From: Candidatus Bathyarchaeum sp.
GTDB lineage: Archaea; Thermoproteota; Bathyarchaeia; Bathyarchaeales; Bathyarchaeaceae
NCBI GenBank assembly: GCA_026014495.1
Contig: JAOZIF010000009.1
Location: forward strand, 1-15,621
Direction of reading: 5' to 3'
Length of the DNA stretch: 15,621 bases
The translations under genes and the position numbers were made by a program. Each line of letters starts with the position of its first letter. Position 1 is the stretch's first letter. The notes below the pieces were generated by a model. The model was not told the origin of the DNA. It saw only the letters and a program-made list of their open reading frames with translations, and made no database searches. This document shows positions 15,620 to 15,621 of the stretch, in pieces.

Positions 15620-15621
15620 CG

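Overview
Archaeal DNA, most likely Candidatus Bathyarchaeia. This is inferred from GGTGA/GGAGG Shine-Dalgarno motifs, hairpin+oligo-T terminators and the gene-family mix. The left part (about 290-6070) lies between two degenerate direct-repeat copies of a tRNA 3' half (243-292 and 6073-6122; 39/50 identical, counted by hand), which look like att scars of tandem integration. It holds a wHTH-MinD/ParA-PadR operon, divergent from a polyprenyl-synthase homologue that keeps only the first DDxxD motif. It also holds a 73-77 aa small protein ending ...SPNAKWPQIV, an MFS transporter, an AsnRS catalytic-domain paralogue with no anticodon domain and a remodelled amino-acid pocket, and an unannotated 52-aa ORF. 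My best hypothesis, inferred and untested, is an archaeal ComQ/ComX-like prenylated-peptide (RiPP/signalling) cluster. The rest of the window looks like ordinary accessory or housekeeping DNA: small membrane proteins (one PQ-loop/SemiSWEET-like), a glutaminyl cyclase, LemA-TPM, a stand-alone FMN glutamate-synthase-family protein, a DUF3795-like protein, an Fpg/Nei homologue missing its catalytic residues, and a Cys-rich Rossmann protein.
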